This document shows, piece by piece, positions 15,404 through 29,734 of a DNA stretch of 64,000 nt. Each line of letters begins with the position of its first letter. Positions within the stretch are counted from its first letter, which is position 1. Made by a program: the position numbers and the translations under genes. Location: assembly GCF_009914755.1 (NCBI RefSeq), contig NC_060930.1. One strand, given 5' to 3'. The DNA is from the human T2T-CHM13v2.0 reference genome, Homo sapiens. Below the pieces are notes generated by a model. The model did no database searches, had not been told where the DNA came from, and was given only the letters and a program-made list of their open reading frames with translations.

Positions 15404-15569
15404 CTTCTTCTTAAAATTTACTGTGTACATCACTCATCTGAGGATCTTGTTAAAATGCAGATTCTGATTTTCTAGGCCTGGGGTGGAGCCAGGGGTTCTA
15501 TATTTCTAACAAGCTCCTGGGTGATGCTCATGCCACTGATCCATGGACCACACACTTAGAGTAGCAAGG
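15404..15569. mobile_element. MER5B/MER5A hAT-Charlie MITE
   Basis: gatcttgttaaaatgcagattctgatt...tttctaacaagctcc..gtgatgct...ggaccacac..gagtagcaagg. Confidence 0.85.
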
Positions 15570-17406
15570 ATCTAGAATAAAAACCAAGAAATAATTTACA
15601 AGATGATATTTCCTAGAGAGAGAAGAGAGAAATTCTAGTTAATAATCCCACTGAAAACAAATGACATGTGTACTTTGCAGTCTAGAGGTAAACTACTCTT
15701 GGCAATGAGCCCCACATTGAAGTTGCCCTTCTCGGGTAACTAGCTGTGTCAATTAAGGATGTGAATGACAACCATTATCTTGCATTTTATTTTTTTTAAC
15801 CTTTCCAGGAAACTCATTAATTTATGTTAAAAGGATAAAGACATTTTGAGCACAAAGTGCCTGTGATTTAATGCTCCTGGGGAAGAACATTTTGATTCAC
15901 CAATGAGTTGGGAACCACAGGACTGTAACAAAATTGGCCATCTGAAGGTTGGATGTATGATTAATAGGTGCTACTGTTTGAGTCAGGTAACATCCAACCA
16001 AACAATGTGGGAAGAGGAGAGGGCGAGAAGGGTATGGAAATAGAATCAGTGAATTTTTCATTGTGCCCATACATATTAAACAATTTGAGAGAGGTCAGTT
16101 GATCTATATAAGGAACAACATCATGGTTTTTGAGTTGTTTTTTTTTTTAATTCTTCCCCTTTTTAAATACTTAGGTAACTTAGCCAAATGTATTAACCTT
16201 TTTTGGAACAGAGTGAAAATTTTCTTCAGGGGAAGTCTTGATAGAATACTGTCTCCTCTTAGCCAGACCTTACATTTTAAGAAAAGAATCAATTCCTTTT
16301 CTTAAAATTTCTTAAAGACCCTTGGCCTTTCAGTAAATTTAAGTAAATAAAGAATTAATATTCTAAGTTAGAAAATTTTCAACATATACATCTGTGTTCC
16401 TTTAGAACCCAAAGATTTTAACTCTGTAGCATACTGAAACTTTGCCAAAACCAACGAAATTGTTTTATTTTTTTCTAGGTTAAGTTGAAAAGACTTGGGA
16501 AAGAAGGAAAAAGAATAACATTTGGGGGTATATAGGGTAGGGAGATTTAATTGCTGTCATTTCTAAATATGCATTTGCTTTTACAATATTTGAGTGCCCT
16601 TTGACTTACGTAAGCATGGGCATGCTGTTTGTATTATAGCAATTATGTATAATGCCCAATTTGAATGAAAACAATTTGAGAAATAAAACATAGTATTTCT
16701 CCCAGGGCATGCTACTTGGAAGACTGCTTGATGCCCCAGACTGTCTGCTATATTGCTATGTATTTCATGAGACCTTGTTCCCAGTACAGACTCTGAACCA
16801 GCAGCAGTATTTATCCTGACTGTTAACTGAATATCAGCATAGTAATGCTATGCACAGCAAGATGGGTCTTTAAGATGCCTCTGCAAAATGAATGCTTGAC
16901 TTCGGATGTCTTGATTTTTTGACTTGTGGTCTTTAATTGATAACCAATTTGATTTCTAATCTTTGATTTTATGGTCGGATTCCCCACATATCTGCTAGGC
17001 ATTGGTGTGCAGAGTCTCTGCAGACACTTAAGGAGAGAAGTAAGGTGGGAGATATGGTTTGCAGTAAATGAAGGTAGCATCACACAGAAAAGAGCTTTTG
17101 TTGGACCACACGGCAGATGAACAATGGAGAACCCCAAAGCTAGAGTCCATAGCAATGAATAAGCAGATACACAAAGTAGCAACTAATATCTATCTTTTCC
17201 CATTAATTTCCGGAGGAAGGGCTGGACACTTTTGTAAAATTCTCACTCTGTGTGCTGACACTGAAGAGCAGTTATTATCGCCTCCATTTTACAGAAGAGA
17301 AAATTAAGACTCAGAAATGTGCTAACAAACTTGCTCAAGGACACAAAGTTTGTCAGTGGAAGAGCCAGACATTAGGCCCAGGGTGTCCAGCTCCGAAGCC
17401 TAGGAG

Positions 17407-17407
17407 T

Positions 17408-17452
<45 letters not shown>
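17407..17452. repeat. Compound (TG)13(AG)10 microsatellite
   Basis: Read directly; abuts a minus-strand MIR at ~17270-17400. Confidence 0.95.
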
Positions 17453-18089
17453 GGATATGAATAATGTAGGACTCCAGTTGGAGAGAAGAGAACTGATCCT
17501 GCCAAACCTGAGGCCTTCCAGGAGTAATGGAGATGCCTAGTCTAGGTGTGCACAATAGATGAAGCGGGACAGATTGATAACATGAAAACCCCACTGCAAA
17601 TTCTGTAGCAGTCCACTTGCAAGCAGCTAAAGGGCAATCAAGTGCTTCCAGTGGCTCCAGGGAAAAGATTCTATAACAAAGATCAACAACCAAAAGGCAT
17701 ACATTCACGGACTGCATATTGTGCAGTGATTCAAAGGCAAGCACTTCCACTGAGTTTTCAATCTGGTCATCAGTACATTTGTCACTGACTGACCCTGCAG
17801 AGTTTGATAATTGCAGTGGCTCTACCTATGGGACATGCAAGTGGAAGGTAACTCATCGGTTACTTCTTTCCAGCAGTCATTCCTGTGCACCTTCTCCATA
17901 GTATTTTGGAGCCTACAGACTAGGAGGAAAAGGAAATAAACAATAATGCAGGAGGATAGCTGCTTTGCTGGAGGAGGTAGCCAGTACAGTGGGAGCATAG
18001 GGGAAAGCACATGTAAGTTGCACCCTCCCATGGCCGGTGGAGACTCTGGACTGCCTCACCCACCTGCCACACCAACCTATTCCTGGACA

Positions 18090-18433
18090 CCTCTCTTCCT
18101 CACTCATCACACTCCAGCCACACTGTCCTTTTTGTCTGTCAACGCATCAAGCTCATTCTTCCCTGGGGGTTTTGTGCCACCTGTTCCCTCTACATAGAAC
18201 ACTTCTTCCTTGGATGATCACAGGAGTTGGAGTTGCTTCTTTCTGTGATTTAGGTCTCATCTCAAATGTCACTTCATCAAAGAGGCCATTTCAAACCACT
18301 ATATTGAAAGTAGCCTCCCTCTCTTCTCAGTTTGCATTACATATTTATGATACCTACCGCTATTTAACATAGTATCATTTCTTTATATTTCCATGGTTAT
18401 TTTCTTGGACTGTCAATGTCTCATCATTTCCTA

Positions 18434-18480
<47 letters not shown>

Positions 18481-18600
18481 CTACATAAGCTCTATAAGGG
18501 GAGGGACTTTGGTTAATTACTGTATCTTCAGTGTCTGGTACCATACTGTGGTTAGCACAGAGTCACCCATCAATAAATATTCACTAAATGAATGAGGGAA
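18090..18600 (+). mobile_element. LINE-2 3' fragment containing (AC)22 at 18435-18478
   Basis: ctcaaatgtcacttc..agaggcc...taagctctataagggagggact...caataaatattcactaaatgaatga. Confidence 0.75.
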
Positions 18601-21012
18601 GGAGAAAGGAAGGGAGGGAGGGAAGGAAGAAAGAAAAAGAAAGGAAGCTTTCACTCCAGAAATCTGGAGGTTGAGTGGATATTTGTTTAATTACATGAGC
18701 ACAGGGGGAGATCTCTCCAATATAATGGATGGCAGTGATAGAATAGTGTAGATGAAATTGAACTTGAGGGGTAGAGATTACAACTGCATGAGATGGTAGG
18801 AGAAACCTAGGGAAAGAGGTAGGAAGTGATTTAAGATTTCAAGGGATTAATGACTCAAAAAGGTAGTGGATATTGGAAAGGCATTCCAGACTCAAGGAAC
18901 AGCCTAGACAGCACTACTTAAGTCTTAAGTAAATAAAGCATGATAGAACAACGGACTGAGTAACAAATGACCAATTTAAAGTCAGTGCCCGGGTGATGCC
19001 ACCAGCTTTTTACTTCTGAAGGTTTGTCAGAAAGAGTGCACATCCTGCTTTCTAAGTGGGGGTGTGGTGACTTGTCCTGTATGCTTTGGATGGTCGCTGA
19101 AGAGGTCAGGGTATCGCAAAGGAAGCTGTTTTTCATGCTGGATTATCTTTCAGAGTATAGCTTTCAATTGGCTTTTAATTTTTGATGCATAATCAAGATG
19201 CATACCATGACATAGTGTTTAGAATAAATTCATATGGTTTCAAAATGCAAACAGCTTATGGCCCTTGCCTGAATCTATATAGTGGAAGGGAACATTCTCT
19301 CTATTCTTTCATTATAGTTGATTGTTTTTCTCCAAGAACCAAATTCCACCAGTTGCACCCAAAAGTATATTAAGATTCTTTCTTCTCTGAAGTTGTTCTC
19401 TTTTCTTTCCTTTGTGAAGATCTCTAGGTAGCAAATGAAAGCATTTCACTGACTTAAGACTATGTCAAATAGTGAAAAGGCTAAGTGACAACTTCTAAAT
19501 GTCATATTCTACCTTAGTCACTTTTGGGAAAATGAATATCTATTTTTTAATTTGACCTTTCTGTGGAGCGTGTTTGGTACATGTGATTCAAATAAGTTTT
19601 GCTCAAGTCATAAGATTCATAAAGGATCTTTACCCATCGGATATGTCATCATGATCTACGGATAGGATGGATACAAGGCGAGGTCATACATCAAGCTGGG
19701 TCACAATAGGTGGTCAGGAACCAGCTGGGCTCTGGTGTGTAATGCCACCAGAATCAAGATGAATATGTCAATGAGACATTGTTAGCTTTCAAAGCTAGAG
19801 CCAGTTACTAGGTTTTCAAAATACTAGATTTTTTTCAAATTACTTTTCTTCATGAAAAAGAACTATATTGTCTTCCTGCTATAATGAAAAAAAAGGCATT
19901 CACAATACCAGGTGCTCTGATACTTACCAACATTCAAAGTAATTTCACAGGAAATGAAAAAACTAATTACATTTCTTTTGGGTTGGACAAGAGACCAGTG
20001 AGAAGGGCACCTGCCTCACCTAACCCAGCCACCATTGCTAGAAACTGACATATTACAAATTTCTGATGTGTCAATAACCTTGGTAGTCTGGCCAAGCTGT
20101 ACAGCCATGTGGTTAGACTTTATGAAAATCTAGTGTCAGTGATGTTTCAACCTGAATGTAGTATGACCTTGAATATAATGAAATAAAGGTGGATTCTTAT
20201 AGAATTTTTTCTAGGCAAACTGTTACAGATATATTCACAACTATGAATAGACATAGAAAAAATGTGGTGAAAGATGACGCTGGTATAACCCAGAACTCAG
20301 AACTAATTTTGAACTAACGCTATAGCATGTTACACTCTTTTGCAATTACAAAAAGTTTTGACAGACATTATTTACTTTAATTTTTCCATCAACACTGTGT
20401 GATAGCTTTTCATTATTCTTATTATTTCCATTATATTGCTAAAAACACTGAAATCCAAATAAATAAATGACAGGCACAGCAAACCCAGGTCTTCTTATCT
20501 CAAACTCCATATTTATTTCATTACCCCATAGAAAAATGAAATAGAACAGTCATATAAGCAAGAAGCAATGGCAAAGAAAAATCTCAAATCCAACCATTTT
20601 CTAGGCTAGATGTTTAGTCTTTTCTTTGGTTAGAATGAGTTTCAAAGGATGTAAATCTCTGGAGTTCATTTTTAAAATATAAAGATTATCATTCCATATG
20701 TGCAAGAGAAAAATCTCAAAGTCTGGGCACTTCACCAAAAGGCTACAACCCAAGAAGATGAAGAGTGAGTGGGCAACACATGCAGGGAGACTAACTTTAT
20801 TTTTTCAGTATTTTCTCCCTATTACAAACTTTTTCCTAGACTCCAGTTAAACGAATTGATTTTATGCCTCATTGTATGCCATTGTTTTTTCTCTTAAAGT
20901 TAACAGAGTGACTCCTAATTTTAATATGTGTAGAGTTCATTAGGGAAGTCATAATGAAGAGAGTGAGCTATTCGATCTAGAAAATATTGAGTTAAGAAAG
21001 GTTGGAAGTTGA

Positions 21013-21319
21013 AGCCAGGTGCCGTGCCTCATACCTGTAATCCCAGTACTTTGGGAGGCCAAGGAGGACAGATTGCTTGAGGACAGGAGTTCAAGACCAG
21101 CCTGGGCAACATAGTGAAACCCCAGCTCTACAAAAGTAAAATAAAATTTAGCACAGACTGGTAGCATGTGCCTGTAGTCCCAGCTCTTTGGGAGGCTGAG
21201 GTCGGAGGATCACCTGAGCCCTGGAGGTCCAAGGCTACAGTGAGCCCTGATCCTGCCACTGTACTCCAGCCTGGGTGTCAGAGTGAGACCCTGTCTCAAA
21301 AGAAAAAGAAAAAAAAAAA
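21013..21319 (+). mobile_element. Alu (AluJ)
   Basis: gattgcttgag..caggagttcaagaccagcctgggcaacatagtga...gaggtccaaggctacagtgagc; A-rich tail. Confidence 0.93.
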
Positions 21320-22453
21320 GAAGGAAGATAAAAAGCCAATTTGATTAGTTCATTTTCTAAATGGTGAATTATGCCAATACATTTTTGAGTTTAATAATTT
21401 TTTAAATAACATGAAGTTATTGGGAAAACAGTACAGTATATGGTAATTATTTACTGGGATTCTTTAGGGCCTTTGATTTTTGTTCTCAAGATAATAATGC
21501 TGAAAATAGATGTAATGATATGTGCCTTAAATTAATCATTTGTATTGGTGAAGTAACTTGGACAAAGATTTAGAGCATGTTAATATATTTTGATAATAAT
21601 GTAGAAGGGGGAATGTATTATAAAAAGGCTGAAAAGGTCGTTGCAAATGAATCATAGAAGAACATGATCTAACTTGTTGATAAAGCCTCATTGTGCGTGT
21701 TAAGTTAGTGAGATGGTCAACAGTGGCCACGTGCCTCCTAGTCTGCCCAGCAGCATTGTTGCCACATACTTTCTTGAGCAAAATGTTGTCAGTACTTCAC
21801 TACCCAACTATGTATGGCTTGGCCATCTCATTATCAAAAGAATGTAGGCAAACTAGAGCAAGTTCATAAGGGGCCATGAAAGTGATTATAAGGGTTCACA
21901 CATAAGAATAAAAATAAAAAAGAACAGAATATTCTCACTGCTTGGCTGATAGACTATGATGGGGTATGGATGGCAGAAGGGGGAGGAATTAATTGCAGAG
22001 AAGGAGCTAAGAAGTCTGTAGAAGTTTAGGAAGGAAGCATTTAGTAGAATCTTGGGATTTTAAAGCTGTAAGGCATCTTAGAGATCATCTGGAGATTTGG
22101 TTGGAATTAATGAGGCTAAATTAAGCTGAGAAAGCTTGACATAAAAAGCAAGAAAAACTGTCTGCAAATGAGAATTATTTAATATAGCTTTATTGAGCAA
22201 AGAAGAATCTCTGCCTCAGTTCTTCTCCAATATGTTAGATTCCTAGAATTTGAGGTCCTCTTGCAACATTTCAGCTAATGCCTTTACTCATAGGAATCAG
22301 GAATTAGGTTTCCGAGGAGTGACTAAATAAATTGTCAGACATTGTCTTTTGATGACCTTGTTTACCATTACTTATATTGGTGGCCTCATCTGATTCAAAT
22401 TTAGAAAATTGCATAGGTTTGGTGTGATCATTAAACCTTACATAACCCTTTGA

Positions 22454-22589
22454 ATTTATATGCCCTTTAAGTCATAGGAAAATTGAGCTACATATTATAT
22501 AAAATAATTTTATTTTATATAATAAATGTACTTTATTATATAAAATAATATATAGCTCAATTTTCCTATGACTTAAAGGGCATATAAAT
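22454..22589. repeat. Perfect 37-bp inverted repeat with nested AT-rich inverted repeats
   Basis: atttatatgccctttaagtcataggaaaattgagcta (22454-22490) is the exact reverse complement of 22553-22589. Confidence 0.97.
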
Positions 22590-22949
22590 ATAACTGGCAT
22601 TAATAACCAGTTAATGCCAAAGGTGATGAGTAGATCTGACTTCCACCTATGCTTTTCTTTTTCCAACATAATAACTTATCGAATAAAACAATTATTTTAG
22701 TTCTTATAAGTTCATACTCCTCATTGGCAATTTACCATAACGTAAAAGAAAAAGGAACAGTCTTAGGAACAAAAAGCTACACACAAAATTAGTCATTTTT
22801 GTGTGCAGGCAAATGGAATATATAATTAGGCTAAAATAAAAGCAGAACAGGAACAAATTAAAACAAGAAAAATGATGTATATACAAGTATCAGAAGAGGA
22901 GCAATTAGAGATGACCTGCCAGATCAGAGTGATTCTAAGAAATGTGGAA

Positions 22950-23143
22950 TGTATTTTCTTTATTATACTGAATCTAAAATGCCATCAACCCTAGGATGTA
23001 CCATTATTTTCTCTGCCACCAAAAAAGAGAAAACCAATTAAACTATGACGCAATGCTTTTTTATCCCATCAAGTACAAGATACATTCTGATTTCTTAAAT
23101 GCTAAAATGTTTTTACAACTGTGAATTTGGAATCTATAAAATA
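22950..23143. mobile_element. MER104-like TcMar-Tc2 MITE
   Basis: gaatctaaaatgccatc...aagatacattctgatttc..aaatgctaaaatg...gaatctataaaata resembles recalled consensus. Confidence 0.5.
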
Positions 23144-24081
23144 TAAAATTTTAAGCTTAACTCCATAGGAATGGATTACCTCTCTAAGCTCAGTGTTTAC
23201 GATCTTGATGGAAAGCCCCTTGGCACCCAAGATTCTCGTCTCTATCATTTTATTCCGAGAGAAGACGTTTTAAAAGTGACTGCAAGTTTTGAGTTTGGTT
23301 TCCCATTTTAAAAGAAAATCAATTCAGTGTATTCCTTACTCTTGAATGACAAAAGTGGCAAGATAAAAACCCTATGTGAAGATAGCTAATATATGTGGAT
23401 TTGTAGAGGAGCCACCTTCCATGATATGATGAAGGTGAACACGTGTGTTAAAATTCCAGGCTGCCATAACTTTTCCCCTTTCAAAGCTTGTGTGTTAAAC
23501 TGTGATCTGCTGACAAGCCACACTGTCTTATCTGTGCACTGCTCAAGAACTGTGCACTGCTTCTACTTGGTCCTATTATTGTGTCGCTTCTCGACAGGTT
23601 CTCTTGTTTGAAAGTTCTATGTGTCAACCCCGCTGCGTTCAATAATTCACAGATCTCTGGCACCCTTGAGCCAAAAGCTGAGAGGAGGCTGTGGCAGGAC
23701 TGAGATTGGTGGTCTCTCTTTTTCACTTCTTCCCCTCTCATCCTTGCACCTGCTCCATTCCTCTGACTGAGTCCACAGCCCCTCACAGAAAAGGAGGAGG
23801 AGACATATTAGGGAAGGTGAGGAAGACTAAAGAACACTCTACAGCAGATTGGGCCTCCCGAAAGGAAGAAGAGGAAATTAAGGGTCACAAAAATGTGCCA
23901 AAACCATGCTACTCTCAAGCAGCCTCACCTTACACTATACTTCTTGCACTCTTAGAGTGTAAAATGTGCTTGAATAAATAGGACAAAGAAACATTCCTGT
24001 TTATTCTTACCAAACAAAGCCACACATATCAGGAATGCAACTATTTCTTTTTTCTAAATTCCTCTAAACTGTGCTGTAATC

Positions 24082-24313
24082 TAGAGTTTCTCAACTTTGG
24101 CACTATTGACATTTTGGGCGGGATAATTATTTGGTGAAGGAGTGGAGCTGCCTCGTGCCTTGCAGGTTATTTAGCAGCATCTCTGGCCTCTACAGACCAG
24201 ATGCCAGTAGCAGGGCATTCCCAGTTGTGACAAACAAAAAAATTTCTTCAGACATTGACAAGTGTCCCTGGGAGACAAAGTTGCCCCTCAACCCCACCCC
24301 ATTTGAGAACCTG
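24082..24313. mobile_element. MER20 hAT-Charlie MITE
   Basis: tttctcaactttggcactattgacattttggg...tttagcagcatctctggcctcta..cagatgccagtagc...agttgtgacaa...cagacattg..aagtgtccc...tgagaac. Confidence 0.9.
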
Positions 24314-24953
24314 TGCTCTAATCTCTTCAGAAAGAAAATCTCCAGGGAAAAGAACAAAATTCCAAATAGTAACAAATTATCAATTGGTCCTCGGCAAAGG
24401 GCTAAATAGGATTCATTTTTCTAGAATTCTCCAAGGCCATGCATAGAGAGAAAAATTCGGCTTAGAGGTGTTTTATACCATTCATCTGACCTTAGCATGA
24501 CTAAATTCACTCTATTTCAGAGAAGATCAACACCACCTACAAAACATTATCTGGTACCATCTTGTGGCTATTAGACTTCTTTTGCCTTTTTAGTTTAAAA
24601 CCAAATGCCTATGGAATTATCTGCTCATTGAATCATCTAATCATTCTTATATTTGGATCAAAGAAAACAACTCTGCCTCTTATTCAGTGACTTGTGGGAG
24701 GCTGTTTTCATTGTTGACTTATGTTAGATGGCTTTTGTCCCATAAATTTTTCTGATTTCTTCTCATATGTTCTTTCTTACTTGGAATGGCCCAGTGGGTG
24801 ATAACCTCAGAGATGTGATAAAACAGAGGGTTTGGGCTTAACCACCTGAAAAGGTACAATTCACTGAAAGAAGATGGCTGGTCCCATTACAGAATGATTA
24901 TTTGAAATATAAAACATTTTCTTATAGGGATTTTATTAAATATTATTTTATCA

Positions 24954-25215
24954 GGCTGGGCCCAGTGGCTCACGCCTGTAACCCCAGCATTTTGGGAGGG
25001 GGGTGGATCCCTTGAGCCCAGGAGTTCGAGATGAGCTTGGGCAACATGGCAAAACCCCGTCTCTACAAAAAGCACAAAAATTAGCCAGATGTGGTGACAT
25101 GTGCCTGTACTCCCAGCTACTGCTTGAGCCTGGGAGGGTGAGGTTGCAGTGAGCTGAAATCATACCACTGCAATCCAGCCTGGGTGACAGAGTGGCACCC
25201 TGTTTCAAAATAAAT
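24954..25215 (+). mobile_element. Alu (AluJ) with internal deletion in the right arm
   Basis: ccagctac joined directly to tgcttgagcc; degenerate TSD aaatattattttatca/aaataatattttatta. Confidence 0.9.
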
Positions 25216-25801
25216 AATATTTTATTAAATCATTTTGTCAAACTTTGAATAGACCTCAACTGAGCATACTAGTAACTTACGTATGTGAAAATAAATACTC
25301 CAAAAATGGACAAGAATTAATCTATAGACATATATTCAAAAAATTGTATACTAGTGATTACCACTACAAAATTATACAAAACAGCAATCACTGCTTCATA
25401 TGCTATTCAGAATTTTACCCCTCTTTTATCCTCAATGTATGCATTGCAAAGGAATTTGCCTTTTGGGTTATATGTGGGTTGCTGGGATTTGGCTTTTTAA
25501 CATTTTTTGGTGAAGTTTGGGGCTAAAACCTATCAAGTTATCTTGTTAGCTGAGTTGGAAATTCTTACCACGAAGGAAATGACTCATCTGTGCGTTGAAA
25601 ATATCACACTTGAAATTCATCAATTAACACATTGTATGGAATTTATTTAACAATACATTTTTAGGTGCCAAACTCTTTAACTTCTCCTTAAAATAAATGT
25701 CTTCTAAAATAATCTGGTTTACTTGAGGTCATAATTCTTCAAATAATTGTCAGTCCCTTATCTCACTTTTCTAGAAGTGCGACACGTTTGTGTAGCTTTA
25801 A

Positions 25802-26308
<507 letters not shown>

Positions 26309-26906
26309 TATTTTCTTATCTTCAGATTTCTAACAGCATTTGCCAATGTTGACTACAACTTCTGTCATGAAGCTTACATTCCTTGGTGTCATAATGCTGC
26401 ATTCTTGTTATTCTCCCACTTCCCAAATCCCAATTTTATGGTCTCCTACCCCTTTTTCCCAAATATAGCTCAGTATTCTATATTTGATTCAGTTCTCTCT
26501 CTACACTGTCTTTTGTAGAAATCCTCTCCAGTCTCAAGGCTTTAATACCTGCCTCCAAAATCTACACCTTCTGCGATCCTCATCTGCATTTCATAACCTA
26601 GATAGGACTCCATTTTCAACCGCAGTGTCTACCATCCTCTCATTTAAATATATTTATTTTCCCTCTATTCTGGTCCCATGACATCAGCACCATCTTTGTC
26701 ATCACACGGACTTTCAATCTGGAAGAAAACGTTCATTTCTCTTTTTCTCTCCTACTACATTGTATCAGTTGCCAATCATGTATGAGGCACTTTTGTAAAG
26801 ACTTTAATTTCACTTCCCTTCCTTTTAGGTCACAAAATCCTAATTCAGGCCCTTATTCCCTCTTTTATGGACTAAGCACCTCCCTAATTTTCTCTTTTAT
26901 AATCTG

Positions 26907-27022
26907 TTAGAGAGGGGGTCTTGTTATGTTGCCCAGGCTGGCCTCAAAATCCTGGGATTAAATGACCTCCTGCCTCAGCCTCCCTCCTAGCTGGGATTAC
27001 AGGCTCAGCCACCTCGCCCAGC
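26907..27022 (-). mobile_element. FLAM / free left Alu monomer
   Basis: gggtcttgttatgttgcccaggctgg...gctgggattacagg..agccacc..gcccagc; tataatc on both flanks. Confidence 0.8.
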
Positions 27023-29147
27023 TATAATCAAATGTTTTAAAACCTTTTTTTTTAGAGAGTATAACTTCTGCCATTCCTAGCATGCTTTAATACTAGAAAA
27101 TTATCTTTTATACAGTATTATTTAGTGAAGCAATAATTTTTTTATAAAACAGATCTGCATTATACATTTTCACCAGTAATAGCTATAAATTTCAATCTTT
27201 AGGATGATTAAAATACTTTACATCAAAATCCCTGGGCAAAATGGCTGTCCTTAAAAAACACAGCCAGCAGGACATATATTTTCAGAATTGTGAATTTGTT
27301 TGCATGATAGCTGCAATTACAAATCTGGAGTTTTTAATCTAGCAATCAGATGACAAGTTGAGCAATTACCATTTCATGCGTAACTATTTTTATGATGACA
27401 TTTTTTTCAAAGCAGCTGTTGTGGTTAAAAACACAAAGATTCTTATTTTTTCCTTCCATGCTACAGTATTTTGGCAAACAAATCTCTGTTTCCCAAAACA
27501 TAAAGATCCTGATTCTGAAAGATGATGTTGTAACACATGTGTGCTTTCATAGATTTTTCAGTGCTTAATTATCTCATAGAGATGGGCTTTTAAAAAAAAT
27601 CTCACACAGTACTTAGTACAGAGTGGGTACCCGATGAGTAGTTCATAAATGGATGTGGGAATGAATATTATTTGGATTATTTAATCATATCTTTCTAAAA
27701 TGGATTTTTTGTTTATGTTGATAGCAACTGGAAGAGAAAAAATAAAATATTTAATTATTCCATTTTCTTTTATTCCGCAACAGGCTGATGGCATTGAAGA
27801 GGTAGATAATGCTACTTTGGAGAATTTTTCACCAAGAGGGATGCTAGTGTATATCGAGGAGTTGATTCTCCATGTTAATTATTGTGCCAACCCCAGGAAA
27901 TATAAGGACCTGAGAAAGATAGGGCAGAGAGTAGACAGAAGGATCCTGCTGATCAGTGCTTATTTCAGATATTTTAGTTTGTCAGCAGACTGTTTTGTTT
28001 AGAATGGAAGCATGTGAAATTCTTACAAAGAGCGGATAAGAACTCTGATCGAAACTCTCATACCACCCAGTCTGCCCAATGAACCCATCTTAAATTGTCC
28101 TTCCTTTGTGAACCTTCCTTTGTGTCCTTCCTTTGTGAACTGAGCATCACAGGCATAGCTTGTTGCTTCCTCTTCTCCCTAGATCTTGAGCTTCCTTACA
28201 TCCATTCTTGTATTTGTTACCCTGAACACCCAATAGCATTGTGATAGCTTTAAAGGCTGAAATCACATTTCAATATTCTTTGCATCACTGTGTCTCGTAA
28301 AATGTCGTTGCCCAATAAAGTGTTTTGAATTTGCTTTGAGGAGAGTAAAGATTTAGATACTCACACCTCAGCTTTGGTTATTTTAGGCAGATTTACAGTC
28401 AGTAAGTGTAATCTAGAGATTGAATTTTCCACTTAGTCTACTGGACCTAATGAGTCCACCTAATGAGTCAGGATACTCATGACAAGCAGGTAACTTTTCC
28501 ATTATATCTTCACGTTTAAAAAAGTATTTTGTCACCTCTATAGTTCTTAATATGACATTAATATGATTCATTGTAAGCACATGAACAGAAACCAGTTTTT
28601 GGAGCACTGATTACTAATCTATACAACGAGATTCTTTATCCGTCTCTTAAATCTTATTCAGTCTTTGGGCACTATTTTTCAGTCTTGGATAGGTTTAAAA
28701 GTATATATTTTAACTTTTAAAAACTTAGTGGAGAATAAATTTTTGAAACATTTCAGGAGGGCTATTCATCAGTACATACTGAAAGTAATTTGCATTCACT
28801 TTGTTCCAACAAATCCACCCATAAAAATTTATCCCAATTTAATAACGTTGCCAGAAGATTTGGCTACAGATGTTTTATGGAATTGGGGTAATTAAAAGAG
28901 TAAAAATTAGAACCCATCATAATGTATGAAAATAGTGGTAAAACTACATAAAACTTATACAAAGGAATACAAGGAAGATATTGTAAGTGACATAGAAAGG
29001 TTTTCATGAGATAAGATGAAGATTTAAAAAATCAGGTTATAAAACTACATGAGTATCCCACTTCTAGAAAATAATAACTCAGTGAGAAAAGAGAATACCT
29101 ATCAGTGTTGTTGCCACATCTCTAGGTGATAAAATAGTAGTGATTTT

Positions 29148-29277
29148 TAGTTTCTTCCTCTTCCTCTTCTTCTTCTTCTCCTTCTCCTTCTCCTCCTTCT
29201 TCTCCTTCTTCTCCTTCTTATCCCCTTCCCCCTCCCCCTCCTCCTCCTCCTCCTTCTTCTTCTTTTCTTCTTTCTTT
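29148..29277. repeat. Polypyrimidine (CTT/CTC/CCT)n tract, degenerate Alu tail
   Basis: Almost pure C/T run read directly. Confidence 0.9.
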
Positions 29278-29291
29278 GGGGGCGGTGGGTG

Positions 29292-29589
<298 letters not shown>

Positions 29590-29734
29590 ATCTACTGTCT
29601 TACTTTTAAGCTATCTGTGTTTTCTAACTTTCTACAGTAAAAGTTATTGCTTTGGTAATATGGAAAATAAAAGCTATTGTTGATATTTACATAGGTGCTT
29701 TTATTATGACATTGAAAAAATCAATCACCCTAGT

